A stretch of DNA of 63,170 bases, counting the filler, from Anaerolineae bacterium (GTDB taxonomy: Bacteria; Chloroflexota; Anaerolineae; Epilineales; Epilineaceae): assembly GCA_029262755.1 (NCBI GenBank). It is 6 parts of 6 records of this genome, joined end to end, with 100 filler letters (N's around TTAATTAATTAA, not from the genome) between each part and the next. Parts side by side here need not be neighbours in the genome. Positions count along the whole stretch, not along the records: positions 12,204 to 36,586 come from JAJCYU010000403.1; positions 36,687 to 42,463 come from JAJCYU010000405.1; 4 more parts are not named here. One strand, 5' to 3'. The notes under the pieces are model-generated. The model was not told the DNA's origin and made no database searches. It was given only the letters and a program-made list of their open reading frames with translations. Made by a program: the position numbers and the translations under genes. Numbering within the stretch: the stretch's first letter is position 1; every line of letters begins with the position of its first letter. Of the stretch, positions 31,227-42,563 are shown in pieces.

Positions 31227-34200
31227 TCAAGGGCTGCAGCGCTCTGGTCCGAGGGGCTGCGCAACGATCCGGTGACGACCGCCGTTCAGCGGAACGATGA
31301 TCATCGCTCCGGGGTCCACATCGAGATCTGCCTCCGGCGGAGCGAGCGGTGGCAGGATCGCTAGCCTGGAGTGGTCGATACCAGATTGAGCGTGCAGGCG
31401 CGCGGTCGTGCGGTCGCTTTCGCCATCATCATTGCTTTCGCCGCTGCCGCCGCCGCCGCCACTACTACTACTACTACTACTGGCTGCGAATTCGCTGCGA
31501 GCTTTGTTGCCGGTCGCCAAGGCGGAGGGCAGCTCGGTACCGAGTTTGCCGTTCTTCGATCGCAGAATGGGTCGACCATCCAGCCACAGGCGCTGATCCT
31601 GCGCGGCCTCCAGTTCAAGGGCGCCATGCGTCCCGAACGGCGCGTCGATCTCCACAATGCCGACGTTGCAGCCGACCCGGACCCATCGAACCGCTAGGCT
31701 GCCCTCCGGGAGCGGCAACGCGCCTTCCATGACTTGCGGGCCGCTCCAACCTGGTCGGACGCGCCACGTGCGCGGACCCGATCGCCGCGCGCCGAGCAGC
31801 CAGCGCGTCAGGAACACGGTGGGCGCAGCGGACCAACCGTGGGACAGCGATGCGTCCCAGCGCGTGTCCGCGGTCCAACTCTCCGGCCACGTGGCGAGAC
31901 CGCGTTCGAGCAGGGGGCCGTGCCACCGACGAAGTGCCGCGAGACCGCGGTCCACCTGGCCCGCTCGCCCCCAAGCCTCGAGCACCCAATGAAAGCCGTA
32001 GAGTTCTACGGCCGGTAAATCGCGCCCACCCGGCGCCGGCATGCCCGGATCGAGCAGCTCGAACAACGCGTCGCCTACGGCGGCCTGCTCTGAGGGCGGC
32101 ACAAGCCCCGTGGCGAGTGGCCACGCCTGCGCATGCGCGCTGGGCGCTACAGGGTGATTCTCGGAAATGGTGCTTGCGAAGCGTCCCGCAGCCGGCTGCC
32201 ACAGGGTTTCGCGGAGGCGGCGCTTGACTCGCTCCGCGTCGGACGTCCATTGCTCCGCAGCGTCCGACGCACCGTGCACCGCAGCAAGGTCTGCTGCCGC
32301 GCGCAGACCGGCTTCATACAGCGCGTTGAGCGGGGCGGAGGCCCCGAAGCGTGTCCGGCCCGCTGCCCAGTCCAAGAAGGAGGTTTCGGGCCACGGCCCC
32401 GGCGGTAGATCGAGAAGTCCGTCGACGCGTCGGAGTTCGAGTTGATCGATCACCGAGACGACGGCGGGCCACAATTCCTTGAGCAAGGCAACGTCTGCGC
32501 TGAGCTGAACGTGTTCGTGGAGGTCGAGTAGCCAGAGCAGAGCATAGTCGGGTAGGCGAGAGCCGTCCCCGCGCGGCGCGAAGCCGACCAGCCTACCTGC
32601 GGCGAGCGGCTCCGCCATGAGCCGCAGTCCACGGCGACGCGCGTCGTCCGATCCGAACGCGATGGCCGCGGCGCGGTTCGTTGCCCAGGCGTCCCCCCAC
32701 CACATTCCGCGTTCGCGCCACGGATCGGCATGCACGTCGGTGGTGTTCGCGCGCACCGTTTCCGCGCCGACGGACCACATTTGGTCGAGCTCGGGGTCGC
32801 CGCTGCGAATCCATCCGCGAAGGCGCAGCGGAGCTCGCGCTTCCAGCACGCGAAGGCCGCGGACGCGGACGCCCTCGTTCCAAAAGGCGAGCACCACGTA
32901 GCGCCCCGCGCGCTCGTCCAGTCCGTTGAGGGGCCGATAGCGGCCGTCCATCACGACCGTATCGACCTGGCTCCAGGCGGCGTGCAAGCGTCCCGGGTGC
33001 GGTAGCGGCCAGCGGCCCGGCCCCGTCAGCCGCTCGTCCCAGCCGATATCCATCGTCGCTCCTGCCGGTCCCTCCACGCTTCCGTCCAGCCGACCGAGAC
33101 GCGTTCGACCCAGGTCCAATACAACGTAGGCCGGAGCGTGCAAGACGTCGACGGCTAGCCCGTCCTCCATTGCAAAAACGCGGACACCGCGATCGGGCAA
33201 GCCCGCCGTCTCAAGAAGGGGAGGGCTGTTGTCCTCAGCCCGATCGTGTACGGGATTCGCCAACAACAAACGGCGCCCTGGATGGCGCACAGCCCCGCCG
33301 GGCGCAACCTCAGGCGCCAGACTCGCCGGTGCAATGGAGAGCGGAAGGCCGTCGGCCGGCAGGGTCTCGATACGCAACACGTGCGTGCCGGCCGCGAGTG
33401 GCACGGTGGCCGTTACGTGATCCCGCGTCGCATCCTTGGCCGGCATCAGCGGGTGCGCTGCTTCGCCTAGCGGCGGGAGGTTCGCGGGCGAAGCGCTGCG
33501 AGCGCTTGGCGCCGCGCTCGACCAGGCCACGGGAATCCCGTCGACGGTCGTGGCCGGTGCATGCCACTCTTCAGGCGGCACCGAGCCGGAATCGCCGAGC
33601 GATAGGCCTCCAGCGGGAGCAAGTAGCGTGCGCAACGTGGCGGTTTGCGGTGAACCCACAACGAGGGTTGTGGTGAATACGCCCGCAACCGTGTTGCCGG
33701 GATGCTGCCGGGAACGAGCGGTGGTAGCCGCGATATCGAGGTCAACGGTGCCGGCCGCGTCTGTCGAAGACGGCGCAATGGTCGTAGCGATCGCATTGGT
33801 CGCTAAGGTCGCATCGGGTGCAGCAGTTGGAGCAGTTGCAGCGGTTTCAGCAGCTGCAGCGGTCGGAGCGGCCGCGACTGCTGCGCTGGAAGTATCGATC
33901 GCTTCGACCTCGCTGTCCCTGGGCCTGTCCCCGTTCCCGTCCCCATCGACTGTGTTGATCGCGCCGAGCGCGTCTTGTGCCTCGCCATCGTCGGCTCCGT
34001 TGCCGGCGATCACCGTGTCGCTTCCAATCAAGAAGTCCGTGTCGACGGAGGCCTTAGCGATCGCCGTGCCGGCCTTGGGGCTGTCATCCGCGTCGTCCGC
34101 GCCGCGTTCGGTTGCGGCTTCAAACTGAACCAACACTGCATCGGGCGAGAGGCGTCCCGTCTCGATGACTCTCGGTGTGATCGGCGCCGCTACCAAGGGC

Positions 34201-35231
34201 GCGACGTAGCGCCTGGTGAAGCGCGTTTCCGCGGCGGTCAGCGCCGGCGATATGATCGTTGCCGGCTGCCAGGCTTCGTCATCGAAGGCGGGGCTGATCC
34301 AGTCCACGGGGAGGGATCGGAAGTCGAGTACTTCGCTTGGGCCTATAAGTCCCAGAGCGTGCAGTGGCACGGCGTCGCTGCGCCACGCCGTGCTGCGCTC
34401 TACCTGCCAACCCGGCCCGGTTTGGGCCAGAACGTGGCGCTCGCGTGGTCGGTTGGGGGCCGGGCGCCGTTGCACACGGGCAGCGAGGACCGGTCGACCG
34501 GAGGCGGAGCGTCGTTGGTTTGGCGCCCACTGCACGCGTACGCTGAGCACGTGCTCGCCGGCAGACATATCCGGAAGCGACAGGACGTCGTAGCTGCGCC
34601 AAGTCGCCGAGAACCGGGCGGGCCCGCGTCCGAGCGAGACACCGTCCAACCAGGCGTCGTAGCGCGTGTCGGCCCAGATCAGCAGCTCCGCCGCGGGCGT
34701 ATCGACGAACACCGCAAAGCGGTGGCGAAACAAGGTGACCTCATGGGCGAGCGGGGTATCGTCATGGGACCACAGCGCCGCGACATGCTCGAAGCCATCA
34801 CCGCGGCTCGCTGACTCACGCGCGGCGTGCGCAGCGACCGTGGCCTGTGCCACGGGGGTGATCGTGACCGCAGGCGCGGGTAGGGAGGGAGCGGGCGGAG
34901 CACTGGGCGCAGAGGTCTGTGACGCAGAGGTTTGTGACGCAGAGGTTTGTGACGCAGAGGTCGGTGGCGCTGAAGTGTGTGACGCAAACGCTCGGGCTCG
35001 GGCGACTTGAGCTAGAGATGGCAGCCCAGGGCTGGATCGTCGCGAGCTGGTCCGGACGTGCTGCGCTCCGGGACTCAGAATGGCCGGTCGCGATGGCAAT
35101 CGAGTGACTACTCCGGGCCGAGCACGGCCCGCCGTGCTCACGTCCCGCAGATTTGCGTCGTGCCGGCTTGAAAGCAGCGCAAGCGCCTGGCCGAGCATGA
35201 GCGCCGCGGTCAGGGTGAAGCGCGCGCTCAT
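31227..35231 (-). CDS. Alpha-L-rhamnosidase-like glycoside hydrolase (GH78-like), probably exported, with low-complexity insertions
   Basis: ADTRYDAWLDG...GRGPAR, VVLDLGR, DPWRERGMWWGD, FLDW, TWPESW, SLSHGWSAAP; ATG overlaps the recJ stop (ATGA). Confidence 0.85.
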   Translation of the reverse strand: MSARFTLTAALMLGQALALLSSRHDANLRDVSTAGRARPGVVTRLPSRPAILSPGAQHVRTSSRRSSPGLPSLAQVARARAFASHTSAPPTSASQTSASQTSASQTSAPSAPPAPSLPAPAVTITPVAQATVAAHAARESASRGDGFEHVAALWSHDDTPLAHEVTLFRHRFAVFVDTPAAELLIWADTRYDAWLDGVSLGRGPARFSATWRSYDVLSLPDMSAGEHVLSVRVQWAPNQRRSASGRPVLAARVQRRPAPNRPRERHVLAQTGPGWQVERSTAWRSDAVPLHALGLIGPSEVLDFRSLPVDWISPAFDDEAWQPATIISPALTAAETRFTRRYVAPLVAAPITPRVIETGRLSPDAVLVQFEAATERGADDADDSPKAGTAIAKASVDTDFLIGSDTVIAGNGADDGEAQDALGAINTVDGDGNGDRPRDSEVEAIDTSSAAVAAAPTAAAAETAATAPTAAPDATLATNAIATTIAPSSTDAAGTVDLDIAATTARSRQHPGNTVAGVFTTTLVVGSPQTATLRTLLAPAGGLSLGDSGSVPPEEWHAPATTVDGIPVAWSSAAPSARSASPANLPPLGEAAHPLMPAKDATRDHVTATVPLAAGTHVLRIETLPADGLPLSIAPASLAPEVAPGGAVRHPGRRLLLANPVHDRAEDNSPPLLETAGLPDRGVRVFAMEDGLAVDVLHAPAYVVLDLGRTRLGRLDGSVEGPAGATMDIGWDERLTGPGRWPLPHPGRLHAAWSQVDTVVMDGRYRPLNGLDERAGRYVVLAFWNEGVRVRGLRVLEARAPLRLRGWIRSGDPELDQMWSVGAETVRANTTDVHADPWRERGMWWGDAWATNRAAAIAFGSDDARRRGLRLMAEPLAAGRLVGFAPRGDGSRLPDYALLWLLDLHEHVQLSADVALLKELWPAVVSVIDQLELRRVDGLLDLPPGPWPETSFLDWAAGRTRFGASAPLNALYEAGLRAAADLAAVHGASDAAEQWTSDAERVKRRLRETLWQPAAGRFASTISENHPVAPSAHAQAWPLATGLVPPSEQAAVGDALFELLDPGMPAPGGRDLPAVELYGFHWVLEAWGRAGQVDRGLAALRRWHGPLLERGLATWPESWTADTRWDASLSHGWSAAPTVFLTRWLLGARRSGPRTWRVRPGWSGPQVMEGALPLPEGSLAVRWVRVGCNVGIVEIDAPFGTHGALELEAAQDQRLWLDGRPILRSKNGKLGTELPSALATGNKARSEFAASSSSSSSGGGGGSGESNDDGESDRTTARLHAQSGIDHSRLAILPPLAPPEADLDVDPGAMIIVPLNGGRHRIVAQPLGPERCSP
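31440..31480. repeat. (GCC)n(ACT)7 trinucleotide tract encoding Ser7-Gly5
   Basis: gccgccgccgccgccactactactactactactact. Confidence 0.9.
34907..34960. repeat. 15-nt tandem repeat encoding (SASQT)3
   Basis: gacgcagaggtttgt units. Confidence 0.85.
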
Positions 35232-36586
35232 TCTGCGAAGGGGGCGGCTCCCGGCGCCGAGAAATCGCGCACGTCCATCTCTAGGCGTCGTTCGCCGCGC
35301 CACGTGTCGACCTTGAGCCCGAACACGATGTCCAGCCGATCTCCGATGGCCGCAGCCCGATCGCCCTGGCCGAAGGAGATCCCGCCCGTGGAGCCGGCGC
35401 CCGTGGACACCGTCAGGCGCAGGTGTTTGCCGTTGCCGACCGTCCGCTTGCCCAACACGCGCACATCTCTTGCAAGCAACAGCGGCTGCCGGTTGGCCTG
35501 GCCGAAGGGCTGCAGCGCTTCCATCTGTTCATGCAACGCCCAATCGATCCGGGCCGGCGCAACCTCCGCGTCGATGGCCAGGCTCTCGCGGGGCTCACGA
35601 TCGGCGAACGCGCGTTGGGCAACCTCGCTCAATCGTGCGGTGAGCGCAGGAATACGTTCCGTGCGCACCGTGAGGCCGGCCGCTCGCGCGTGGCCGCCCC
35701 AGCGTTCGAGAAGGTCATCGCACTCGGACAATGTAGCAACGAGGTCGAGTTCTTCGATCGAACGCAAGGAGGCGCGCGCCAGATCGCCTTCGACGCGCAG
35801 CACAGCGGCGGGACGGTAGTGGCGGTTCGCCAGTCGTCCCGCGACGAGGCCGATGACGCCGACGGCCACGTCCGCGGAGGACCATACGAGAAACGGAGCG
35901 TTGGCTTCAATCGCTTCGGCCAGGGCTGCTTCGGCCTTGTCCTGCGCAACTTCCGTGGCCGCACGCCGATCGACGTTTAGCTGTTCCAACTCGCGGGCGA
36001 GCTCGCCCGCCCGGATCGGCTCTTCGGCGAGGAGGGCATGGAGGGCGATCTCCGCATCCGCCATGCGCCCAGCCGCATTGATGCGCGGTCCAATCACGTA
36101 GCCGATACCGCGGCTATCCACCTGCGCCGACGGAAGGTTGGCGGCGGCAAGCAGCGCGCGAATGCCGGGGCGGCGCGCCTCGCGCAGCGTTCGCAGCCCG
36201 CGGTGCACCAGCGAGCGATTCTCCCCGACGAGCGGCACGACATCGGCTACCGTGCCCACGGCAACCAGATCGAGCAGGTCCTCTTCCGTGATGGGCGGTG
36301 GAGCGCCGTCCGCCTTTGTCGCGACACGGATCAAGGCCTGAGCCAGCTTGAACGCCATCCCCACGCCGGCCAGATTGCCATCGCCGTAGCGGCAGTCCGG
36401 GCGTTTCGGGTTGATCACGGCGAAGGCGCTGGGAAGGTCCTGCGGCAGGGCATGATGGTCCGTAACGATGACATCGAGGCCGAGGGCGTTGGCGTGCTCG
36501 ACTTCGGACGAGGCTCGAATCCCGCAATCGACGGTCACCACGACCCGCACATTTCGACGGGCGAGGTCATCGAGCGCGGATGCCGA
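35228..36586 (-). CDS. recJ: Single-stranded-DNA exonuclease RecJ (5'-truncated)
   Basis: VTVDCG, VTDHH (DHH), LAGVGMAFKL, GTVADVVPL, GPRINAAGR, GGHARAAG (DHHA1), PFGQAN. Confidence 0.96.
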   Translation of the reverse strand, partial: SASALDDLARRNVRVVVTVDCGIRASSEVEHANALGLDVIVTDHHALPQDLPSAFAVINPKRPDCRYGDGNLAGVGMAFKLAQALIRVATKADGAPPPITEEDLLDLVAVGTVADVVPLVGENRSLVHRGLRTLREARRPGIRALLAAANLPSAQVDSRGIGYVIGPRINAAGRMADAEIALHALLAEEPIRAGELARELEQLNVDRRAATEVAQDKAEAALAEAIEANAPFLVWSSADVAVGVIGLVAGRLANRHYRPAAVLRVEGDLARASLRSIEELDLVATLSECDDLLERWGGHARAAGLTVRTERIPALTARLSEVAQRAFADREPRESLAIDAEVAPARIDWALHEQMEALQPFGQANRQPLLLARDVRVLGKRTVGNGKHLRLTVSTGAGSTGGISFGQGDRAAAIGDRLDIVFGLKVDTWRGERRLEMDVRDFSAPGAAPFAE

Positions 36587-36686
36587 NNNNNNNNNNNNNN
36601 NNNNNNNNNNNNNNNNNNNNNNNNNNNNNNTTAATTAATTAANNNNNNNNNNNNNNNNNNNNNNNNNNNNNNNNNNNNNNNNNNNN
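36587..36686. other. Artificial contig linker
   Basis: N44-TTAATTAATTAA-N44. Confidence 0.99.
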
Positions 36687-38992
36687 GCGTGGATGGTGCC
36701 GCTGCTCACGACGACCTTGCCCTTGTCGCCGAACTTCACGCGCACGCCGGGCTCGAGCGTCAGGGTTGAGGTGCTGTCCACGCGGACGAGGGATTGGACG
36801 ACGAAGGGTAGGTTGCCGCTTCGCCACACGGTGTCACGCGTCATGGTTCCGTCGACTACGATGCCGTTTAGCTGGTTCTGACGCGGATCCGCGTCAAAAC
36901 CGGCCGGCTCGTCCGTGCTGTTGGTCCCGTCGAGAGCGAGCTCCACGTTCGCGTCGATCTCGACCGCGCCGCCGTTGTTGTTGTAAATCCTGTTATTGGT
37001 GAACCCGACCTTGAGCTCGATGGTCTTCGACTCGATCTCGATTCCAGCGCCGCCGTTGCTGCCGACGCCGTTGGAGTGAATCTCATTCCCGTCGATCGTC
37101 GGGTTGGCCAGCTCGATGAACAAGCCTGGACCTTCACCGTGATGGATGCTGCTGTTGAGGACGCTGACGTTGCCGGACTCAATGACGATCTGACCCCGGC
37201 CGAGGCGACCTCCGTTTCGAATCTCGACATTGCGCAGCATGGCGCCGCGGCTGATGTCGGGAATCGTGATGCTCTGCCAATCGCCGGCGCGGCCGGATGT
37301 CGCCGCGCCGTCTCCGTTCGTATCGCAGCCGTCGTCCTGCGTCGAAGAACACGCATCGTCCTCGACGGAGGTAAACAGCGTGCGGGCTCCGCCTTCGCCC
37401 CCGGCCGCCAAGTGGCCGCGTGAGACGTCGATGGCGCCGTTGGCCAAGGACTTCACGACCGCGCCCGCTTGCACGGTCAGCGTAGTCCCGGCTGTGGTGA
37501 GCTTGATCGTCTCCGCGGGCACGAAGGGCAGATCGCCCGCGCGCCACTCATGGGCGATGGTCATGTCGCCGCTCAGACGGTAGCCGTTGAGGCCCTCGCC
37601 TTCGGACGTGTTGCCCGAGACCATCAGCTCGACGTCCGACTTCGCGTCGACCGCAATGGTGTTCTCGCTGAACGTATTGCCTTCGAGGGAAACCTCGTAC
37701 GGGCCACGGGCGTCGAGCTCCAGCCCGATCTCCGTGTTGTCGCTGATCGTCGAGTTGCGCATCGTGAAGTACGTACCCTCGACCTTGCCTCCCTCGTTGT
37801 TCACGGCGACGCCGATGCGCTTGGCCTTCTCGGCGACGAGGTTCTCGACGACGTAGCCCTGCACTTCGATGGACAACATGCCCTGGTCGCCGTAGCGCAT
37901 CACGGCATGCCGAATGGAACCAGGCAACGATCCGTTAAATACCTGGACGCGATTCCAAGCACCGCGCTCTCTGGCCTTGTCGCCATCGTTACCGGTGTCA
38001 CACGTGATGCGTGGATCAGCTTCGCCGGCGAACAAGCATGCTTCGTCATCGGTGATGGTCGTGAAGTAGGCCGGATTGCCCTCTTCGCCCGCCACGATGA
38101 GGCTGCCGCCATCCAAGGTGCGTAGGCTGGAGAATTCGTTGAACTTCAGCACCGCGCCCGCTTCGACGGTCACCGGTGCCTTGAACGTTGGGTTGCCTGC
38201 GATCACGTAGGGCATATCGCCGCCGACAAACGTCAGAGGCCGTTCGACAACCCCGGACTTGAGCGAAACGCCGTTGATGGCCGCATCGCGGACGCTGTTG
38301 CCCGCAAGCGCGAGCTGAACCGAGGCGTCCGACTCGACGGCGGCTTCCGTGATATCGCGGAATGAGGAGTTGCGGATGGCGACGGTGGTGGCGTTTTCAC
38401 GATGCAATGCGATGAGCACGCCCTTCTTGGTCATCCGCTCAATCTGGACGCCATCCAAGGTTGCGTTGACCCCGCGCAGATCGATGCCGTTTCCTTCCCC
38501 GTCCAGGATCGAGGAGTTGCTGATGGAGATCGGACCCGAAGCCTCGATCATCGAAGCGCCACGCACACCGCCGTAGCGGATGCTGAGCCCTCGGATGTCG
38601 GCCGACGCTTCCGCGACGACGATCATCCCGCGCCACTGGCCCTTGGCCTTCACGGCGTCATCCGACGTGAAGGTAACGTCGCCGGCCTGAGCGCCGCTGA
38701 CCTCGAGCCGGCCTTCCACACGCATCGTGCCCAGCTCGCCGAAGGCGATGTTCACGCCGGCCGGAATATTAACGGTGGCGCCTGCAGCGACCGTCAACGC
38801 GCAATCCGCAACGTAGTCGCCTGGCGGTACGGTTAGGGTCTGTGTAAATTGGCGATCGGTCGTGATCGCTGAGTTGGTACACAGATCCATCGGCTGTGCG
38901 ACAGGCGCCGCGGAAACCCGCCACGGTGCTGCCACAAGGCCCGCGAGCACCAGAACCCATACGGTGACGCGTCGGCCTAGGGATGTCGTCAT
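36687..38992 (-). CDS. Secreted right-handed parallel beta-helix repeat protein (3'-truncated)
   Basis: AGGAG RBS; signal peptide; three large repeats with FTS..DD...DT.NDG...G.W and GDxP(Y/F)V motifs. Confidence 0.82.
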
Positions 38993-39154
38993 CGTCCACT
39001 CCTGCCCGATTGATTGATTCCGAGATCGATCCACATGTTCATGAATCTACGCCCGGAGCGCGCAAAAATGCACCGAGCGTGAGGATGCGATCATATATGG
39101 GCGGGCGGCGTACGTCCAACGATTCAAAGGTGGCAGAGGGGTGTTGCAGCACCC

Positions 39155-40696
39155 TCAGCGACGCAGTCCCATCGGTAAGAAGATGCGGCTCGCGAGACCC
39201 TGAACCCGTGCCGATGGACCGGCGGTCAAACGCACGGCGAGCGGCGCATCCGCCACATGCGTGATCACGGTGCGCAATCGCGTATGGCTTCCGTCCAGCC
39301 GCAAGAGCCAGCCACCGGGTCGCGCGGCCTCCATGCACACCGGCTCGAAGCGATCCGCCTCACCGCGGCCCGCGGCCTCTCGCCACGCGGCGCCGAGGCA
39401 GGCTGGACCGGCCGGCGCCCACTCGATATCAAGATTGACGCCCGAAGCGAAGGCGTCGGCGCGCACGGTCCAGGCAGGCAGCTCTTCCGTGATGCCCTGG
39501 ACAGGCCAATCGTCCGGGCCGTGTCGTCGCGCAGAGGGGGGGGCAAATGCCGGCCCGCCCGGTGTTGCACCGCTGTCGATTCGTAGCGCCCGAAATCCGA
39601 GCCGCCCATCACCGTGACTATCGGCATCGACATGAATGGCCATACCGAAGTCGCGCAAGAGCACGCTTTCGGAGCGCTGCGCATCCGAACCGGCCAACAA
39701 GGACGCCATGCCGTTGGACGGATCCCGGGTCCAGCGGGCCAGGGCGCCGGATCGACCGCCGTCGAGTTGTTCGTACAGGTACAGCAGCCACAAGTAGGTC
39801 TTGCCGTAGTCACGGACCTCGCCGTGCCACGTGACCAACGAGGTTTCCGGATCGGCAAGGAAGGCCTCGATCTGGGCACGGGGATGACCAAGTTGCGTGA
39901 TGTGGATTGCAAGCTGCGCAAGACCCTCGGCCAACCACGCGTCCTCGTCGGGGTCGTAAGACCAACCGATCAGATGCGCGAACTCGTGCGCCACGGTCTG
40001 GGCCACGATGGGGCCCTCGGGATCCGTGGGGGCAACGTCCAAGTACACCATCTCGCGACCGTTCGAGGCCCGCACACCTTCCGGTGGATCGGACTCACCG
40101 TCGCCCGCCGTCGCCGCCTGCTGGTTGGCAGGATCAAAGTATCCGGATACATAGGCATGCGGCGCGGCGTCATGGTACAACCCGTCCCGAACGTCCAGCA
40201 TCAACAACGTGATGGCTGCCTGACCATCGATACCCGGCGACGGCTCGGGACCGTAGCGCGCGCGCAGCGTCGGCAACACCGTGTCCTCAAAGGTCTCGGC
40301 AAGCCTCGCCACTGCCAAGCCGCTCACTGCCGCGCCATCCTCGGTGTAGATCCAGGCGGACGGACTCACGTGACGCAGGCTGGCATGGACCGTGTAGTAC
40401 TCCTGCGTGTGAAAGTCCCAGGCCCAAAAGCGCTCGCTTTCACTCGGTCCCGCCAATATGCGCTGCGCCGGCACCTGAGCGTCGCCGGCCTGTACGGGCG
40501 GCGCATCATGGGCGGCGCGCAGAGCCATGCTTCCGCTGACCGGAACAGACGGTTGCGCGTTCACCGGGGCGGATACGTGTGTCAACGTTGCAAACGCGAA
40601 GGCGATGCCAAGCGCGACCTGCACCCGTGCCCGAGCCGTGATCGCGACAGGACGCAAGGACACGCGCTTCGTCCCCCATAGTGCGTCGTGGCTCAT
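39155..40696 (-). CDS. Secreted zinc metallopeptidase (gluzincin, M30/hyicolysin-like) with C-terminal IFLP motif
   Basis: AHEFAH...WLAEGLA; GYFDP.NQ; SNGREMVYLD; start uncertain. Confidence 0.8.
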   Translation of the reverse strand: MSHDALWGTKRVSLRPVAITARARVQVALGIAFAFATLTHVSAPVNAQPSVPVSGSMALRAAHDAPPVQAGDAQVPAQRILAGPSESERFWAWDFHTQEYYTVHASLRHVSPSAWIYTEDGAAVSGLAVARLAETFEDTVLPTLRARYGPEPSPGIDGQAAITLLMLDVRDGLYHDAAPHAYVSGYFDPANQQAATAGDGESDPPEGVRASNGREMVYLDVAPTDPEGPIVAQTVAHEFAHLIGWSYDPDEDAWLAEGLAQLAIHITQLGHPRAQIEAFLADPETSLVTWHGEVRDYGKTYLWLLYLYEQLDGGRSGALARWTRDPSNGMASLLAGSDAQRSESVLLRDFGMAIHVDADSHGDGRLGFRALRIDSGATPGGPAFAPPSARRHGPDDWPVQGITEELPAWTVRADAFASGVNLDIEWAPAGPACLGAAWREAAGRGEADRFEPVCMEAARPGGWLLRLDGSHTRLRTVITHVADAPLAVRLTAGPSARVQGLASRIFLPMGLRR

Positions 40697-41017
40697 CGTC
40701 TCGCTCCGCCGGGCATCTTTCGCTTCCTCATCCGCGGCGGTCGGCCTTTCGGTCCAGACCGTGCCACGGATCAGTTGCCATCCTCCCACACGTTAACGTA
40801 AAGAAAACCTATCCGATGCGGGGTAGCGTTAAGAACGCGTTACGGAAGCCACGGATACGCTTGATTCGTGCCGTTCGGAGCGTACCGTGCCGTCGATGCC
40901 TCGGGAACCAATTCGTTCATGTGCGCTCTGACCCGCGAATCGTCGGCGGGTACGCGATGAAGGCAGCCAATCGCCTACGTTGGTGTGAGCAGAGGGCAGC
41001 GTTGCCCCGGGCGCGGC

Positions 41018-42463
41018 CTAGGCGGCTTCGTCCACGCGTAGGCTGACGGTGCGGCTAGCACCGTCCTCGCCCATCGTCACCCCGTACACCGTGCCCGCCG
41101 ACTGCACGGTGGCGCGATTGTGGGTGATGATCACCACTTGGACCCGCTCGGCTAGCGTCTCCAAACAGCCGCGGAAGCGGTCGACGTTGGCCTCGTCGAG
41201 TGCAGCGTCTACCTCGTCGAGTACCACGAATGGCGTTCCGCTCACCTCGAGCAACGCGAAGAGCAAGGCCACGGCCGTAATCGCGCGCTCGCCGCCCGAG
41301 AGAAGGGATAGTGGTTGCCTTCGTTTGCCCGGTGGTCGGGCCAGAATGTCGATGCCGGCCTTCACGGCGCTGCCGTTGCCGGCGCCCGTACTGTTCTCGT
41401 CGCCGTCGTCGTTCACGTCGTCGGCGAGGAAGGTCAGCTCCGCCTCACCGCCACCGAAGAGCAGCGGAAAGTAGGTCTGGAACGCTTGGGCTACGCGGTC
41501 GAAGGTTGCGTCAAAGCGCTCCGCCATCTCGCGTTCCAACGTCTGGATCGCCTCACGTAGATCGTGCTCCGCGGTCACGAGATCCGCGGATTGGTCGGTC
41601 AAGAAGCGATGACGCTCGGCTGTCTCTTCGTAGGCGGCCAGCGCCTCATGGTCGATCGCGCCGATCGCACGCAGTTCTCTTCGCAGGCGCGCGATCCGAT
41701 GCTCGAGATCGCTCGGTAGCTCCGTGACCACCGGTAGCGCGAATCCGGTCAACTCGCCCATGGTGACCTGCCGTGGAGCGTCCTCCGGCAACGGAAGGAT
41801 CTCGGCGTCCGCGCTGATCTGGTCCGCGAGGCGCTCGAGTCGGTCTTCCGCACGGGCCACGCTGAGCCGCGCTTCGCCGAGACGTTCGTCGAGCGATGCG
41901 ACGCGGCGCCGGATTTCTTCCAACGCACCGGATGCGTCCCGTGCCGAATCCCGAGCCGCGCGCAGCCCTTCCTCCGACGCTTGGACCGCTTGCACGGCGG
42001 TCGTAAGCGGATCCGCGGCGGCCTCCGGGGACGCCTCCGCGGCGGAGGTGTTGCGCAGTCCCTCCATCTCCTTCGCAATCGCTTCGCCGCGACGGCGTGC
42101 GTCCGCCGCCCGTTCCCGTGCGGCCTGCGCGTCGCGCATCGCGGCCTCGAGCCGCGCCCGACGGGCGGCCAGGCCTTCGTTCGTGGCGGCCAACGCCGCG
42201 GAACGCTCCGTGACCATCGCGCGCGCCGCTGCGATCGCGGAATCGCTGTTCGCTGGCGCTCCGGCGGAAACGGCAGCGGACAGCTCGGCTTCGCGCTTTG
42301 CATCGGCCTCCATCTCGGCCATGGACGACGCACGTTCCGCGACGGCGCGCTCATGCTCTTCACGCAATCGTGCGATCGACTCGTCGAGCCAGGCGGCGTC
42401 GCGGTTGGCGCGGCCACGCAACACCTCCGCGCTGTCGCGCGCGGCCGCCGCGTCATCCCGGGC
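41018..42463 (-). CDS. smc: Chromosome segregation protein SMC, C-terminal part (5'-truncated)
   Basis: Coiled coil, IGAID..AL..YEE, LFGGG, PPGK, LSGGER, VLDEVDAALDEAN, ITHN, YGVTM. Confidence 0.95.
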   Translation of the reverse strand, partial: ARDDAAAARDSAEVLRGRANRDAAWLDESIARLREEHERAVAERASSMAEMEADAKREAELSAAVSAGAPANSDSAIAAARAMVTERSAALAATNEGLAARRARLEAAMRDAQAARERAADARRRGEAIAKEMEGLRNTSAAEASPEAAADPLTTAVQAVQASEEGLRAARDSARDASGALEEIRRRVASLDERLGEARLSVARAEDRLERLADQISADAEILPLPEDAPRQVTMGELTGFALPVVTELPSDLEHRIARLRRELRAIGAIDHEALAAYEETAERHRFLTDQSADLVTAEHDLREAIQTLEREMAERFDATFDRVAQAFQTYFPLLFGGGEAELTFLADDVNDDGDENSTGAGNGSAVKAGIDILARPPGKRRQPLSLLSGGERAITAVALLFALLEVSGTPFVVLDEVDAALDEANVDRFRGCLETLAERVQVVIITHNRATVQSAGTVYGVTMGEDGASRTVSLRVDEAA

Positions 42464-42563
42464 NNNNNNNNNNNNNNNNNNNNNNNNNNNNNNNNNNNNN
42501 NNNNNNNTTAATTAATTAANNNNNNNNNNNNNNNNNNNNNNNNNNNNNNNNNNNNNNNNNNNN
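42464..42563. other. Artificial contig linker
   Basis: N44-TTAATTAATTAA-N44. Confidence 0.99.

Noticed and set aside
31440..31480. Microsatellite as a phase-variation switch
   Set aside because: Trinucleotide units change linker length only, not the reading frame
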